64,000 nucleotides of DNA, taken from NCBI GenBank assembly GCA_964481425.1, contig CAYZTM010000009.1:31452-95451 (forward strand), in the 5' to 3' direction. The notes beneath the pieces were generated by a model. It did no database searches. It was not told the DNA's origin and saw only the letters and a list, made by a program, of their open reading frames with translations. The position numbers and the translations under genes were made by a program. The stretch comes from an uncultured Flavipsychrobacter sp. Its GTDB lineage: Bacteria > Bacteroidota > Bacteroidia > Chitinophagales > Chitinophagaceae. This document shows positions 9,938 through 18,873 of this stretch, one piece after another; positions within the stretch are counted from its first letter, which is position 1, and the number at the start of each line of letters is the position of its first letter.

Positions 9938-11524
9938 ATGAGCCTTCGTATATCTTCCTTATGCTTTATCGTCCTAACGTTTTCTGCAGTTTTTTCTGCA
10001 AAGGCACAGATAATCACTTCCATTGCCGGCAATGGCACAGCGGGCTACACCGGCGACGGAGGCCAGGCCACCCTCGCCGAAATAAATAACATAGGTCTTA
10101 CGATGGATCCATCAGGGAATATTTACCTGGCAGAATATCAGCACCACTGTGTGCGTAAGATAGACGTAAATGGAATCATCACCACATTCGCAGGCACAGG
10201 CGTTTCGGGTTTTTCAGGCGACGGTGGCGCCGCGACCGCTGCACAACTGATGGGACCAGCAGGAGTGTATGCCGATAACTCAGGTAATATCTATATCGCA
10301 GACCAGGATAACCAGCGCGTGCGCATGGTCAATACTTCCGGTATCATCAGTACCATAGCAGGCACAGGTGTTGGCGGCTACAGCGGCGACGGCGGGCTTG
10401 CTACTGCAGCACAGTTTTGGGCGCCAACGGGCATAGCAAAAGACGCCAGTGGCAATATTTATATAGCTGACTTCGGTGCACGCGTAGTACGCAAAATAAA
10501 TACCTCAGGCATCATTTCTACATTTGCAGGTACGGGCGTATCAGGTAACTCCGGGGATGGCGGGCCAGCAACCAGCGCCGAAATGACATTCCCCTACTGG
10601 ATCGCCTTCGACGCATCCGACAACCTCTTCATTTCCGATGTGCAAGCCAATTGCGTCAGGAAAGTAAACACTTCCGGCATCATCAGCACAGTAGCAGGCA
10701 CCGGCGTATCCGGGTTTAGCGGAGATGGCGGGCCGGCAACTGCAGCTCAGTTATACAACAATGGCGGAATCGCGATCAATACGAATGGCGACATGTACAT
10801 CTGTGACCAGTTCAATAACAGGGTCAGGAAAGTGGATGCTTCGGGTATGATCACTACTATAGCCGGTACAGGCAATGCAGGCTTTGCGGGCAACAACGGC
10901 CCGGCAGTGCTGGCCGAAGTGGATATACCTACCGGCATAGTATTGAGGTCGGGATACATCTATTTTACAGATGAGGGCAATTCCCGTATCAGGAAGATAT
11001 GTATCAGCGGGCCTCCGGCAGTTTCCGCAATTACAGGCGATACAAGCGTATGTATTGCAGATACGATACAGCTTTCCTGCGCTACAGCCGGTGGCACCTG
11101 GAGCAGCACCAACAATAATGCAATTGTACTGGCATCTGGTAAAGTGAGCGGCCTGACTGCGGGAACAGATACAATAAAATACACGTTCACCAACGACTGC
11201 GGTACAGATTCTGTCAGCTATGTGATAACGATACTTACGACCCAGGAATGTGAGAATCTTGGCATCAATAATAGCACAGCATCAACAACGGGAATCTCGC
11301 TGTACCCTAATCCGACAAGCACAAAAGAATTATTTGTAAGGGTTTCCTACGTTCATAACGAAGAAGCTGAGGTGATCATAAACAATGTGCTCGGCAGTAG
11401 GGTTAGCGAATTGCATATCCCGACAAATACCGCGACTCAAATAAAGTTAGACAATAGCGGCATATACTTCGTACAGGTAAAACTTGGGAACACCTGGTAC
11501 CGGCAGAAAGTAGTGGTAGAATGA
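9938..11524 (+). CDS. NHL/beta-propeller repeat protein with T9SS C-terminal sorting domain
   Basis: 528 aa with a signal peptide. There are about 7 repeats of IAGTG.GFSGDGG.AT.A.L..P.G...D.SGN.YI.D..N..VRK. A Cys-rich Ig-like segment follows, and the C-terminus (LYPNPTS...VKLGNTWYRQKVVVE) is a type A sorting domain. Confidence 0.8.
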   Translation: MSLRISSLCFIVLTFSAVFSAKAQIITSIAGNGTAGYTGDGGQATLAEINNIGLTMDPSGNIYLAEYQHHCVRKIDVNGIITTFAGTGVSGFSGDGGAATAAQLMGPAGVYADNSGNIYIADQDNQRVRMVNTSGIISTIAGTGVGGYSGDGGLATAAQFWAPTGIAKDASGNIYIADFGARVVRKINTSGIISTFAGTGVSGNSGDGGPATSAEMTFPYWIAFDASDNLFISDVQANCVRKVNTSGIISTVAGTGVSGFSGDGGPATAAQLYNNGGIAINTNGDMYICDQFNNRVRKVDASGMITTIAGTGNAGFAGNNGPAVLAEVDIPTGIVLRSGYIYFTDEGNSRIRKICISGPPAVSAITGDTSVCIADTIQLSCATAGGTWSSTNNNAIVLASGKVSGLTAGTDTIKYTFTNDCGTDSVSYVITILTTQECENLGINNSTASTTGISLYPNPTSTKELFVRVSYVHNEEAEVIINNVLGSRVSELHIPTNTATQIKLDNSGIYFVQVKLGNTWYRQKVVVE

Positions 11525-11529
11525 TCTGG

Positions 11530-12621
11530 TTATGCCTTAGCCGGTTCTTTTACCTTAGGTTGTGTATCGTTTCCGGAGCCTTCAATAAATAGGGTTTGTG
11601 TAGGGTATGCAAACTCTATACTCTCTTTTTCAAAGGCCTCTACCATGTCTATATAGATACTCTCCTGCTTATTCATGTATACATTATAGTCAGGATCCAA
11701 AACATAATAAACAAACTCGAAATCAAGACTAAAATCACCAAAGTTGCAAAAATTGCCCCTGTCAAAGCGAAGGCCTTCAGTACTATTGATGATATCTTTT
11801 ACGATACCGGGTATCTTTTTTAACTGTTCGGCTGTTGTCTGGTAAATGACCCCGATCTTGAAAACGATGCGGCGTTCTTCCATACGTTTATAGTTATGCA
11901 CTCTTGAGTTGGTCAGGTAGGTGTTGGAGCAGATCAGTTGCTCACCGCTTAGGGTACGTATGCGCGTGGTCTTTACCCCTATGTATTCTATTACACCTGC
12001 ATTACTCTCTACTACTATGAAGTCACCTATTTCGAAGGGCCTGTCGAAGAAAATGACAAAGTAGCTGAACAGGTCGCCCAACACGGCCTGTGCCGCCAAT
12101 GCAATGGCGATACCACCAATGCCGAGGCCGGTGATAAGGGTAGTTATGTTATAACCCAGGTTATCGAAAAGGAACAAGATACCGATAGCCCAGACCACTA
12201 CATTGATAATGATCATAAGGCCCTTGGCCTGCTTCTCTTTTGTTTCACTGTTCTCCTGCCTTTTAATGAAGGCGTATATCATTTGCTGCACTAATGCCGA
12301 AATGATACGCAACATATAGTAGGTAGTCACAAACAGGATGGCTACTCGTATCACATGTTCCACTTTCGTGGTCAGGGTCAGGGTATTTACAGCCAGGTAC
12401 ACACTGCCTATATAGAGGAGGGGCAGTACCCACTTGGCCACCACATCCAGCAGAAAATCATCTAATTGGGTTTCTGTCTTTGCCGCCCATTTTTTCAGGT
12501 ATTGGAGCAGCACACGTTTGAAAATTCTCGCCGCAATAAAACAAACGATCAATGTACCAAGGGCCCATAACCAGCTTTTGCCGGTATTGCCCCAGTACAC
12601 TTCTGTCAAGAATTCATTCAT
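11530..12621 (-). CDS. mechanosensitive ion channel (MscS family)
   Basis: 363 aa. N-terminal TM helices are followed by the MscS beta-domain motif FDRPFEIGDFIVV...GVIEYIGVKTTRIRT. Confidence 0.85.
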   Translation of the reverse strand: MNEFLTEVYWGNTGKSWLWALGTLIVCFIAARIFKRVLLQYLKKWAAKTETQLDDFLLDVVAKWVLPLLYIGSVYLAVNTLTLTTKVEHVIRVAILFVTTYYMLRIISALVQQMIYAFIKRQENSETKEKQAKGLMIIINVVVWAIGILFLFDNLGYNITTLITGLGIGGIAIALAAQAVLGDLFSYFVIFFDRPFEIGDFIVVESNAGVIEYIGVKTTRIRTLSGEQLICSNTYLTNSRVHNYKRMEERRIVFKIGVIYQTTAEQLKKIPGIVKDIINSTEGLRFDRGNFCNFGDFSLDFEFVYYVLDPDYNVYMNKQESIYIDMVEAFEKESIEFAYPTQTLFIEGSGNDTQPKVKEPAKA

Positions 12622-12652
12622 ATCTATTCTGTATTTTCCTGTCTATACTTTC

Positions 12653-13771
12653 TTAGTTCAGCGCTACAGCTTTGGCAAGTAACGCTTCTTCAGCTACCGG
12701 AGCTTCTATCTTCTTATCTATATACTTCGAATTCATCAACCGCAAAACACCCATATAATCCGCACGGAACTCGATCGTACTCCCGACCTTATGATCCTGC
12801 GTGTTCCTGTCAAGGTCCAACACCAGCATATCGGAGCTTGCACCGGCTATTTTAATATTCTCATCCACGGGTTGCAGGTGGCTTGCTTCCACATCCAGCA
12901 AACCGAGGTCCACAATAGCCCGGAACGACCTTTCCGGCACACCGGTATGATCAAACTCGACCGCCTCACCGGCAAGGTTGTAACCCATATCGCCCGAGGG
13001 GGCATTAGGTTTTTCATACAACTCTATGATCTCGGCATACACTTTAAATACATCCTGGTGCATACCACTGAGCGGCCCTGTACTGTACACATCTGTTCCC
13101 AGGAAGAGGGTCTCCCCTACCCTGAAATGATTGATATCTTCCGGTAGTTCACACCTGTCAATGAGCGGTATCGTTACCGAAGCACCGCCCGATACATAGG
13201 GCAGCGAGCAGCCAAATTCCTGTTCAATCATTTCTTTATACTTACACAACTGCATCAGTTTATCCTTATCCGGCAATACACCGTACATGCACGTAAGATT
13301 CGTGCCAATACCCACCACCTCTATGTTAGGTAATTGAAAAACTTTTGTGCAGAAGTTCATGATATTGCTCTTCAGCACACCTTCCCGGCGTTCGCCCAGT
13401 TCCATCATGATGATGACCTTATGCACTTTATTCATTTCCACTGCCGCTGCCGACAAGCGTTTCATGGTGGCATAAGATGTGTTGAGGCTAATGTCTGCAT
13501 ACTCCACCACTTTCTTCGCAATGCGTGATGAAGGCGGCTTGATGAATATGGTCTTCACATCAGGTGCTATTGCCCTGATAGCCTTGAGGTTGGTGATACG
13601 TGAATCACACACCTGCTTCACGCCAAGGCTAAGCAATGCCTCCAGGTATTTTGTATTACCGCAAAGCAGCTTGGTCACAACCGCCCAATCTATGTTGTTG
13701 TCGGTAAAGAGTTTATCCAGGTGTTGGTAATTCTCTTCCAGCTTTTCAGTATTCAGTGTGATATATGCCAT
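12653..13771 (-). CDS. alanine/ornithine racemase-family PLP-dependent enzyme
   Basis: 372 aa. It has an N-terminal alanine-racemase-like TIM-barrel pattern (VVTKLLCGN.. with the PLP Lys) and family-typical length. Confidence 0.6.
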   Translation of the reverse strand: MAYITLNTEKLEENYQHLDKLFTDNNIDWAVVTKLLCGNTKYLEALLSLGVKQVCDSRITNLKAIRAIAPDVKTIFIKPPSSRIAKKVVEYADISLNTSYATMKRLSAAAVEMNKVHKVIIMMELGERREGVLKSNIMNFCTKVFQLPNIEVVGIGTNLTCMYGVLPDKDKLMQLCKYKEMIEQEFGCSLPYVSGGASVTIPLIDRCELPEDINHFRVGETLFLGTDVYSTGPLSGMHQDVFKVYAEIIELYEKPNAPSGDMGYNLAGEAVEFDHTGVPERSFRAIVDLGLLDVEASHLQPVDENIKIAGASSDMLVLDLDRNTQDHKVGSTIEFRADYMGVLRLMNSKYIDKKIEAPVAEEALLAKAVALN

Positions 13772-13772
13772 A

Positions 13773-14225
13773 TTATTTGGTTGGTTTTAGCAGCCTCATC
13801 TCCAGGTATTTATTGGTGAAGCCATATTTCTTATAAAGGTTTATCGCAGGGTTATCGGGTTCTACATGCAGCGCTATATCGCCATCTGCCAGCTCTATGA
13901 TCACATCCATTACTTTATTGGCGATTCCTTTGCCGCGCTGGTCTTTATGAGTAGCTATGTACACCAGTATATTGCCCGGTATATATCCGTCCATTCCCGT
14001 CCTGTTCACTACCGCTGCAGCAGCAATATCATCGCTGCCGTTATGCGCAGTTACCACGAAGCCACCGGGCGTGGCCTGCTCCTGCAATGCGTAGCTGATA
14101 GCCTTTGCTATATCTTCCTGTTTATCGCCATATTGTTCCAGGTGTTCGAACAGGAAGCCTGTAACTGCATTTTTCTCTTCTTCCTTCGGCTTGTTGGCCT
14201 GGTTGTAAATTTTGGTTTTTATCAT
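13773..14225 (-). CDS. GNAT family N-acetyltransferase
   Basis: 150 aa. The acetyl-CoA loop QRGKGIANKVM (Q/RxxGxG/A) is present. The stop abuts the racemase-like start, so the two are probably co-transcribed. Confidence 0.75.
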   Translation of the reverse strand: MIKTKIYNQANKPKEEEKNAVTGFLFEHLEQYGDKQEDIAKAISYALQEQATPGGFVVTAHNGSDDIAAAAVVNRTGMDGYIPGNILVYIATHKDQRGKGIANKVMDVIIELADGDIALHVEPDNPAINLYKKYGFTNKYLEMRLLKPTK

Positions 14226-14511
14226 AAATAGTTTTTGTTCCCTTGAGGGAAGGTCAAAAAATCGGCATCACCAGCTACTGCTGTAAAGCTTACATTTTTA
14301 ATAAACGGCGGTGAAGCCCGGGAAGGGACTAAAAGCCCTGAAAATCAGAAACACTACAAATGCCGATAAGAAACGTTGGCATAAAATAGCGGAGTGTTTC
14401 AATTATTAACGATGCAAAAATACGAAAAGGGCACTGCTATGCCAAATGAACATGATACTTAAGCATAAGTGACACATTAACAGAACATCACAACATGTTC
14501 CCCATTTTCTG

Positions 14512-15411
14512 TTATACTAATTGATGACCTCCCATGGCCACCTTTAAGGCATACTCATCCATATGTGCCCGGGGCTTGATACTCAGTACAGGTACCAGCG
14601 AATTATTGATGATGCGCTGCACATAGCCAGGTACAAAAAATTGCTTCAGGCCCCTTTTCAAAGTACCTGTAATGACCACGAGATCAATATCTCTTTTGCT
14701 GCCCGTGTTCAATACTTCCTCTGCAATGTTCTTACCGAAGTATAATTTTCGGTCAACAGCCACCTTTTCCTGCACCATATAGGCCGATGTATCGTCAACC
14801 ATTTGTTTTACAGTGCCTACCTGCCCGCCCTGGTCCTGCTTCAGCAGGCCCATCACCAGCACGCTGGCCTTGTTCTTCTTTATTATGGGCATCACAGCTT
14901 TGTATTTACTCAGCGCATTGATCACCGGTCTTACCGGGAAGAGTATCTTGCTGAATTGCAGCGACCTCCTGCCGGAGGGCACAGTAAGCACAGGTACACT
15001 GCTGTTGCGGAGTATCGCCATTACATTGCCATTGCCTCGTGCATTATTCCTGTTCTTACCGGCAGTACCTGCCACTATAAGGTCACAGTCCAGCTTTTCT
15101 GCTTTGGTGCATACTATATAAGGCATAAAACCTGACTCAGAATATTGGCTGCATTCGATGCCATGCTCGCGTGCGATAGAAGAGGCCATCTGCCGGAGTT
15201 CGTCCTCGCGCGACAATTTCATTTCTGTAGCCATATCTGTAGCGGGTACCTGCATACCGGCCATGGACACCAGCAGCTCAGTTTCGGCTACTTGCAGCAA
15301 ATGAAGTTTTGCGCCATGCCGTTTACACATGGCTATTGCTGTTTGCAGGGCATTATCCGATGTTTCTGTAAAGTCTATAGGCACTAAAATATTCCTTATC
15401 TCTTTCTGCAT
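14512..15411 (-). CDS. tandem universal stress protein (UspA) domain protein
   Basis: There are two Usp-like halves (ILVPIDFTETS... and ILFPVRP...; GTAG/ITG ATP-loop remnants). I prefer the start at MQKEIRN (15411) over the track start at 15465. Confidence 0.7.
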   Translation of the reverse strand: MQKEIRNILVPIDFTETSDNALQTAIAMCKRHGAKLHLLQVAETELLVSMAGMQVPATDMATEMKLSREDELRQMASSIAREHGIECSQYSESGFMPYIVCTKAEKLDCDLIVAGTAGKNRNNARGNGNVMAILRNSSVPVLTVPSGRRSLQFSKILFPVRPVINALSKYKAVMPIIKKNKASVLVMGLLKQDQGGQVGTVKQMVDDTSAYMVQEKVAVDRKLYFGKNIAEEVLNTGSKRDIDLVVITGTLKRGLKQFFVPGYVQRIINNSLVPVLSIKPRAHMDEYALKVAMGGHQLV

Positions 15412-15648
15412 ATGTATTAATAAGTTTAGGGGTGAATGATAACATACGGCTATGTGATGATGCAATGATGAATAACCGTCGATAGAGAGAATATACGAAA
15501 AATTTCGGGAACAGCCAAATCAGATCGGGAGATTTAACGCTTATCGGCATGGTCATCAATGTTTTATATGGAGAACCTTTACAAGAAGAACATTAAGCGC
15601 AGAAGGGGAGAATATTTTATTTCCGGAATGGAATGATAACACTCTAAA

Positions 15649-15700
15649 GAAAAAATGAGAAAGGGAGGGTTTCGCTCTCGCTTACCGCTCCCTTTCTCAT
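15649..15700 (-). terminator. rho-independent terminator downstream of tRNA-Leu
   Basis: atgagaaagggag (15655-15667) pairs with ctccctttctcat (15688-15700). The plus-strand A-run at 15649-15655 is a T-run after the hairpin on the minus strand. Confidence 0.7.
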
Positions 15701-15705
15701 TTAAG

Positions 15706-15789
15706 TGCCCAGGACTGGATTCGAACCAGCACACCCTTGCAGGCGCTGCGACCTGAACACAGTGCGTCTACCAATTTCGCCACCTGGGC
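15706..15789 (-). tRNA. tRNA-Leu(CAG)
   Basis: The reverse complement reads GCCCAGGTGGCGAAATTGGTAGACGC-ACTGTGTTCAGGTCGCAG-(long variable arm)-GGTTCGAATCC-AGTCCTGGGCA. The acceptor stem pairs 7/7, the anticodon loop is TTCAGGT (CAG), and the type II variable arm is present. Confidence 0.9.
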
Positions 15790-15850
15790 ATTCAGGGAGT
15801 GCAAATGTGAGACTTTTTTTTGAAAAGGCAAAACAAAAGATAAAATAAGC

Positions 15851-16726
15851 TTAGTGCTTGCCAGCCTTACGTTTCAGCACCCCGCCGGCTGCTTCCTTTA
15901 TGGTATTGGTGAATATGAATGCTTTGGAGTCTACCTCGTGAACTAGGTGGGTAAGCTTACGTACTTCGAGGCGGGTAATAACGGTAAAAATGATGTCGCA
16001 ATCGTGGCTTACATCAAAACTATCCTTCATAAAGCCCCTCTTCCCTTTATAGACAGTGATACCCCTGCCCAGTTTCATTACCAGCTGCCTTTTTATCTCA
16101 TCACTCTTGCCCGAGATGATAGTGACACCTGTGTATTCTTCCAGGCCTTCCACCACATAGTCAAGCGTGCGTGAGGCAGCATAATAGGTAAGCATAGAGT
16201 ACAAAGCCGTTTCGAGGCCAAAATGCAAAGCTGCAATAAGGAAGATGATCACATTAAGGCCCAGTATGATCTCACTTACCGAGAAGCTGCTGCGCTTCAG
16301 CGTGTATAATGCGAGCACCTCTATACCATCCAGCGCACAGCCCCCACGCATGGTAAGCCCTGCACCTAAGCCAAGAAAAAAGCCGCCAAATAGCGAAACC
16401 AGCAGTTTGTCTGATGTGATAACGGGGTAATGTATGAAAGCAAAGCAAAGTGCAAGACCTATAACAGCCGCCAGCGACCGGTATGCGAAACGCCGGTTCA
16501 CCTGGTAGCCCCCCATGATAAGCAGGGGGATATTAGCGAGCACTAATGTATAAGAAAGGTTGAAGTGTGCCAGTTCATGTATCAGCAGGGATATGCCTGT
16601 AACACCTCCGTCAAGAAAATTATTGGGTACGAGAAAACTTTTAAGCGCGAAACCGCTGGAGAGAATGCCTAAAATTGTAAAGATGATGTCCTGTAATGCT
16701 CCGGGGATATTTATCTTACTTTTCAT
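15851..16726 (-). CDS. YitT family membrane protein (DUF2179 C-terminal domain)
   Basis: 291 aa. It has 5-6 TM segments with FLDGGVTGISLL followed by a soluble C-terminal domain (GVTIISGKS...ITVYKGKRGF). Confidence 0.75.
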   Translation of the reverse strand: MKSKINIPGALQDIIFTILGILSSGFALKSFLVPNNFLDGGVTGISLLIHELAHFNLSYTLVLANIPLLIMGGYQVNRRFAYRSLAAVIGLALCFAFIHYPVITSDKLLVSLFGGFFLGLGAGLTMRGGCALDGIEVLALYTLKRSSFSVSEIILGLNVIIFLIAALHFGLETALYSMLTYYAASRTLDYVVEGLEEYTGVTIISGKSDEIKRQLVMKLGRGITVYKGKRGFMKDSFDVSHDCDIIFTVITRLEVRKLTHLVHEVDSKAFIFTNTIKEAAGGVLKRKAGKH

Positions 16727-16727
16727 G

Positions 16728-17318
16728 TCACGGTGCCTGGAGCTTCGACCTTACCAGTTCAAGGTTTTGCTCTTTTTTTGCTTTCCTGAGCTTTTGCGCA
16801 GTGGCGGTAAAATAGTGATGTTTTTCCATAAAATCTATCTGCAGCCGGTTCCACTTATCTTCATCCATGAAGCTGTACACATTCAGCTCTGCATAGAGTG
16901 TATCGCCTATCTTGAAAAAATCATCACGGCCCAGGTAATCCAGGTCAGCATCGCATATTATCTCTTCCAGTAAATTATGTGGTGTTTGCGGGATCTTGGT
17001 AGCCATTATCATCCCGCTTATTTTCTTTATCTGCTCTTCTGAATAACCATAGCTCGGTAAAAATTCAGCAGCTATATCGCATGAAATACGCTCATGTTCT
17101 TTTTGTTGTATCAGGAATCCGGAATCATGAAAAAGTGCCGCGGTAAGCAAAAGCTTTTTATCCTCACCTTTTATGCGTTCAGCATCAGCCAGCATATCGG
17201 CAGCCTGGTAAACATCCTTGATATGCGCGATGCTATGATACGATAAGTACTCAGGAAGTCCCTTCCTGAGTTTTTTCATAATAAAATCACTTGCTGCTTT
17301 AAATTGCATCCGGGGCAA
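16728..17318 (-). CDS. HD domain phosphohydrolase
   Basis: 196 aa. H..HD motifs are present (YHSIAHIKDV, LFHDSGF, DADLDYLG). Confidence 0.75.
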   Translation of the reverse strand: MPRMQFKAASDFIMKKLRKGLPEYLSYHSIAHIKDVYQAADMLADAERIKGEDKKLLLTAALFHDSGFLIQQKEHERISCDIAAEFLPSYGYSEEQIKKISGMIMATKIPQTPHNLLEEIICDADLDYLGRDDFFKIGDTLYAELNVYSFMDEDKWNRLQIDFMEKHHYFTATAQKLRKAKKEQNLELVRSKLQAP

Positions 17319-17387
17319 ATTAAGTAAACGATAGAAAATATTACATAAAATTAATCCATAGGAATAAAAAATGCAACGTTACGCCCT

Positions 17388-18383
17388 TTATATTATCATA
17401 AGGCTGCATCCCCTGAGCATAGCCCTGTCCATTCGCCCCAATACTTCAAATTTACCATTATCTGCGATATTACCAAGGTCTTCTGTAGCGATAAAGGCGC
17501 AGGAATGTACATTAGCAAGGTCTATAATATTAATGCCACCACTCCCATAAGTGTTCACATCCAGGGGGTCATTGATATCCCTTATAAGCACTTTCATAGT
17601 ATCTATAGGCTCAAAAAGACCATTCTCACGTGCATAAGCCTGTGACAGCAATTCCGTCATACCATACTCTGAATGAATATTTACCAGGCCCAGGCCCTTC
17701 TTCAGCCTCTCATGCACCTCGGCGCGGGTAAGTTCTTCCCTGCGTCCTTTCATACCGCCGGTCTCCATCACGATAGTATGTTGTAGACGTTGGGGATATT
17801 TTTCAGCAAAGTCGAGCAAAGCAAATGTGACCCCCAAGAGTAATACTGCTTGCCCTTTATCCTCAAGCTCCTGCAGCATGTCCGAAAGTTTATCCTGCTC
17901 GTTCAGATAAAAACCGCTCTCAGGCTGTCCGCTTTCCTGCATAAGCACAGAGGCCATATGCACGAGCGAGGAATTACCACGCTCCAGGTAGGAGGGCAAG
18001 AGTGCGAGTACCACATATTGCTGCGGCTCACCATAAAATTTACGGAAGCCCTGTAATAGTGCTTCCCGGTACAGAGCTGCATCATGCACATAATGTTTGG
18101 AAGTATCGGCCCCTGTGGTGCCGCTACTCTCAAAGGTCAGCGCAGCATCCTGCCATTGCCCACTAGCCACTCTATGCGTTTTAAAAAAAGAAATAGGCAG
18201 GAAAGGGATATTTTCTATGGAATCAACAGTATCCGGCACTACATGCAAGGCATCGGTGAAGGCCCTGTAAAGTTCATTATTATGATACTGGTACCGAAAC
18301 AGGTCGAGGGCAATATTATCAAATCCTGCAGCGTTAATATTATGCAGTAAATTACTATTTATTGGCTCTTTAATCTGACCCAC
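17388..18383 (-). CDS. LuxE/PaaK-like acyl-protein synthetase ('acyl transferase')
   Basis: It carries an adenylate-forming pattern (FESSGTTG, METGGMKGRR, YGMTE). The track ORF extends to 18566, but every ATG there overlaps the divergent gene starting at 18403. The GTG at 18383 (..VGQIKEPIN) gives a family-typical length of about 331 aa. Confidence 0.6.
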   Translation of the reverse strand: MGQIKEPINSNLLHNINAAGFDNIALDLFRYQYHNNELYRAFTDALHVVPDTVDSIENIPFLPISFFKTHRVASGQWQDAALTFESSGTTGADTSKHYVHDAALYREALLQGFRKFYGEPQQYVVLALLPSYLERGNSSLVHMASVLMQESGQPESGFYLNEQDKLSDMLQELEDKGQAVLLLGVTFALLDFAEKYPQRLQHTIVMETGGMKGRREELTRAEVHERLKKGLGLVNIHSEYGMTELLSQAYARENGLFEPIDTMKVLIRDINDPLDVNTYGSGGINIIDLANVHSCAFIATEDLGNIADNGKFEVLGRMDRAMLRGCSLMII

Positions 18384-18402
18384 TTTCGTTAACTTTGGTA
18401 AT

Positions 18403-18873
18403 ATGAAACGCTGTACTTTCCTGTTCCTGGCCTTACTTGCTGCCTTCAGTTCATGCAAGAATAATAATAACATGTCCAACATACCGTCCATTTCACTGAT
18501 CAGTATGACCCCGGACAGCATAAAGCAAGGTGCAAGCGAAGATACTGTATATATCAAATTCGGCATTCAGGATGGCGATGCCGACCTGGGGCATGACGTT
18601 TCCTCGACCGATAAGGACATCTATATCAGGGATAACCATACCGATAGCTTCACTGGTTATAACTTCCCGGAGATAGCGCAAGGCATCCTCGACCCCTCCA
18701 AAGGCATCACGGGTGCCTGCACCTTCAAGATGCTGGGGGCGCTCATCTATGTAAGGCAGGATTCCATACATCTCCTGAACGGCGATACCGTTAGCTATGA
18801 GCTATACATCAAAGACAAAGCGGGTAATAACAGTAACCACATTACAACTCCCAATTTGTACATCAGGCCTTAA
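18403..18873 (+). CDS. hypothetical lipoprotein
   Basis: 156 aa. The signal peptide has a lipobox-like LAAFSSC. Confidence 0.55.
   Translation: MKRCTFLFLALLAAFSSCKNNNNMSNIPSISLISMTPDSIKQGASEDTVYIKFGIQDGDADLGHDVSSTDKDIYIRDNHTDSFTGYNFPEIAQGILDPSKGITGACTFKMLGALIYVRQDSIHLLNGDTVSYELYIKDKAGNNSNHITTPNLYIRP

Noticed and set aside
14226-14511. Possible riboswitch or structured leader upstream of the GNAT-racemase operon. It has local helices such as gaaacact/agtgtttc and ttccc-tcaa-gggaa on the minus strand.
   Set aside because: I cannot match it to any riboswitch consensus I know (glycine, lysine, SAM, TPP or cobalamin), and the helices are short. A covariance-model scan would be needed, so I do not report it as a feature.
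17388-18566. Full 392-aa version of the LuxE-like ORF.
   Set aside because: The extra 61 N-terminal codons overlap the divergent lipoprotein gene (start 18403) and look non-native (MPNLIYTVSSLAPCFMLSG..). A GTG at 18383 gives the family-typical length.
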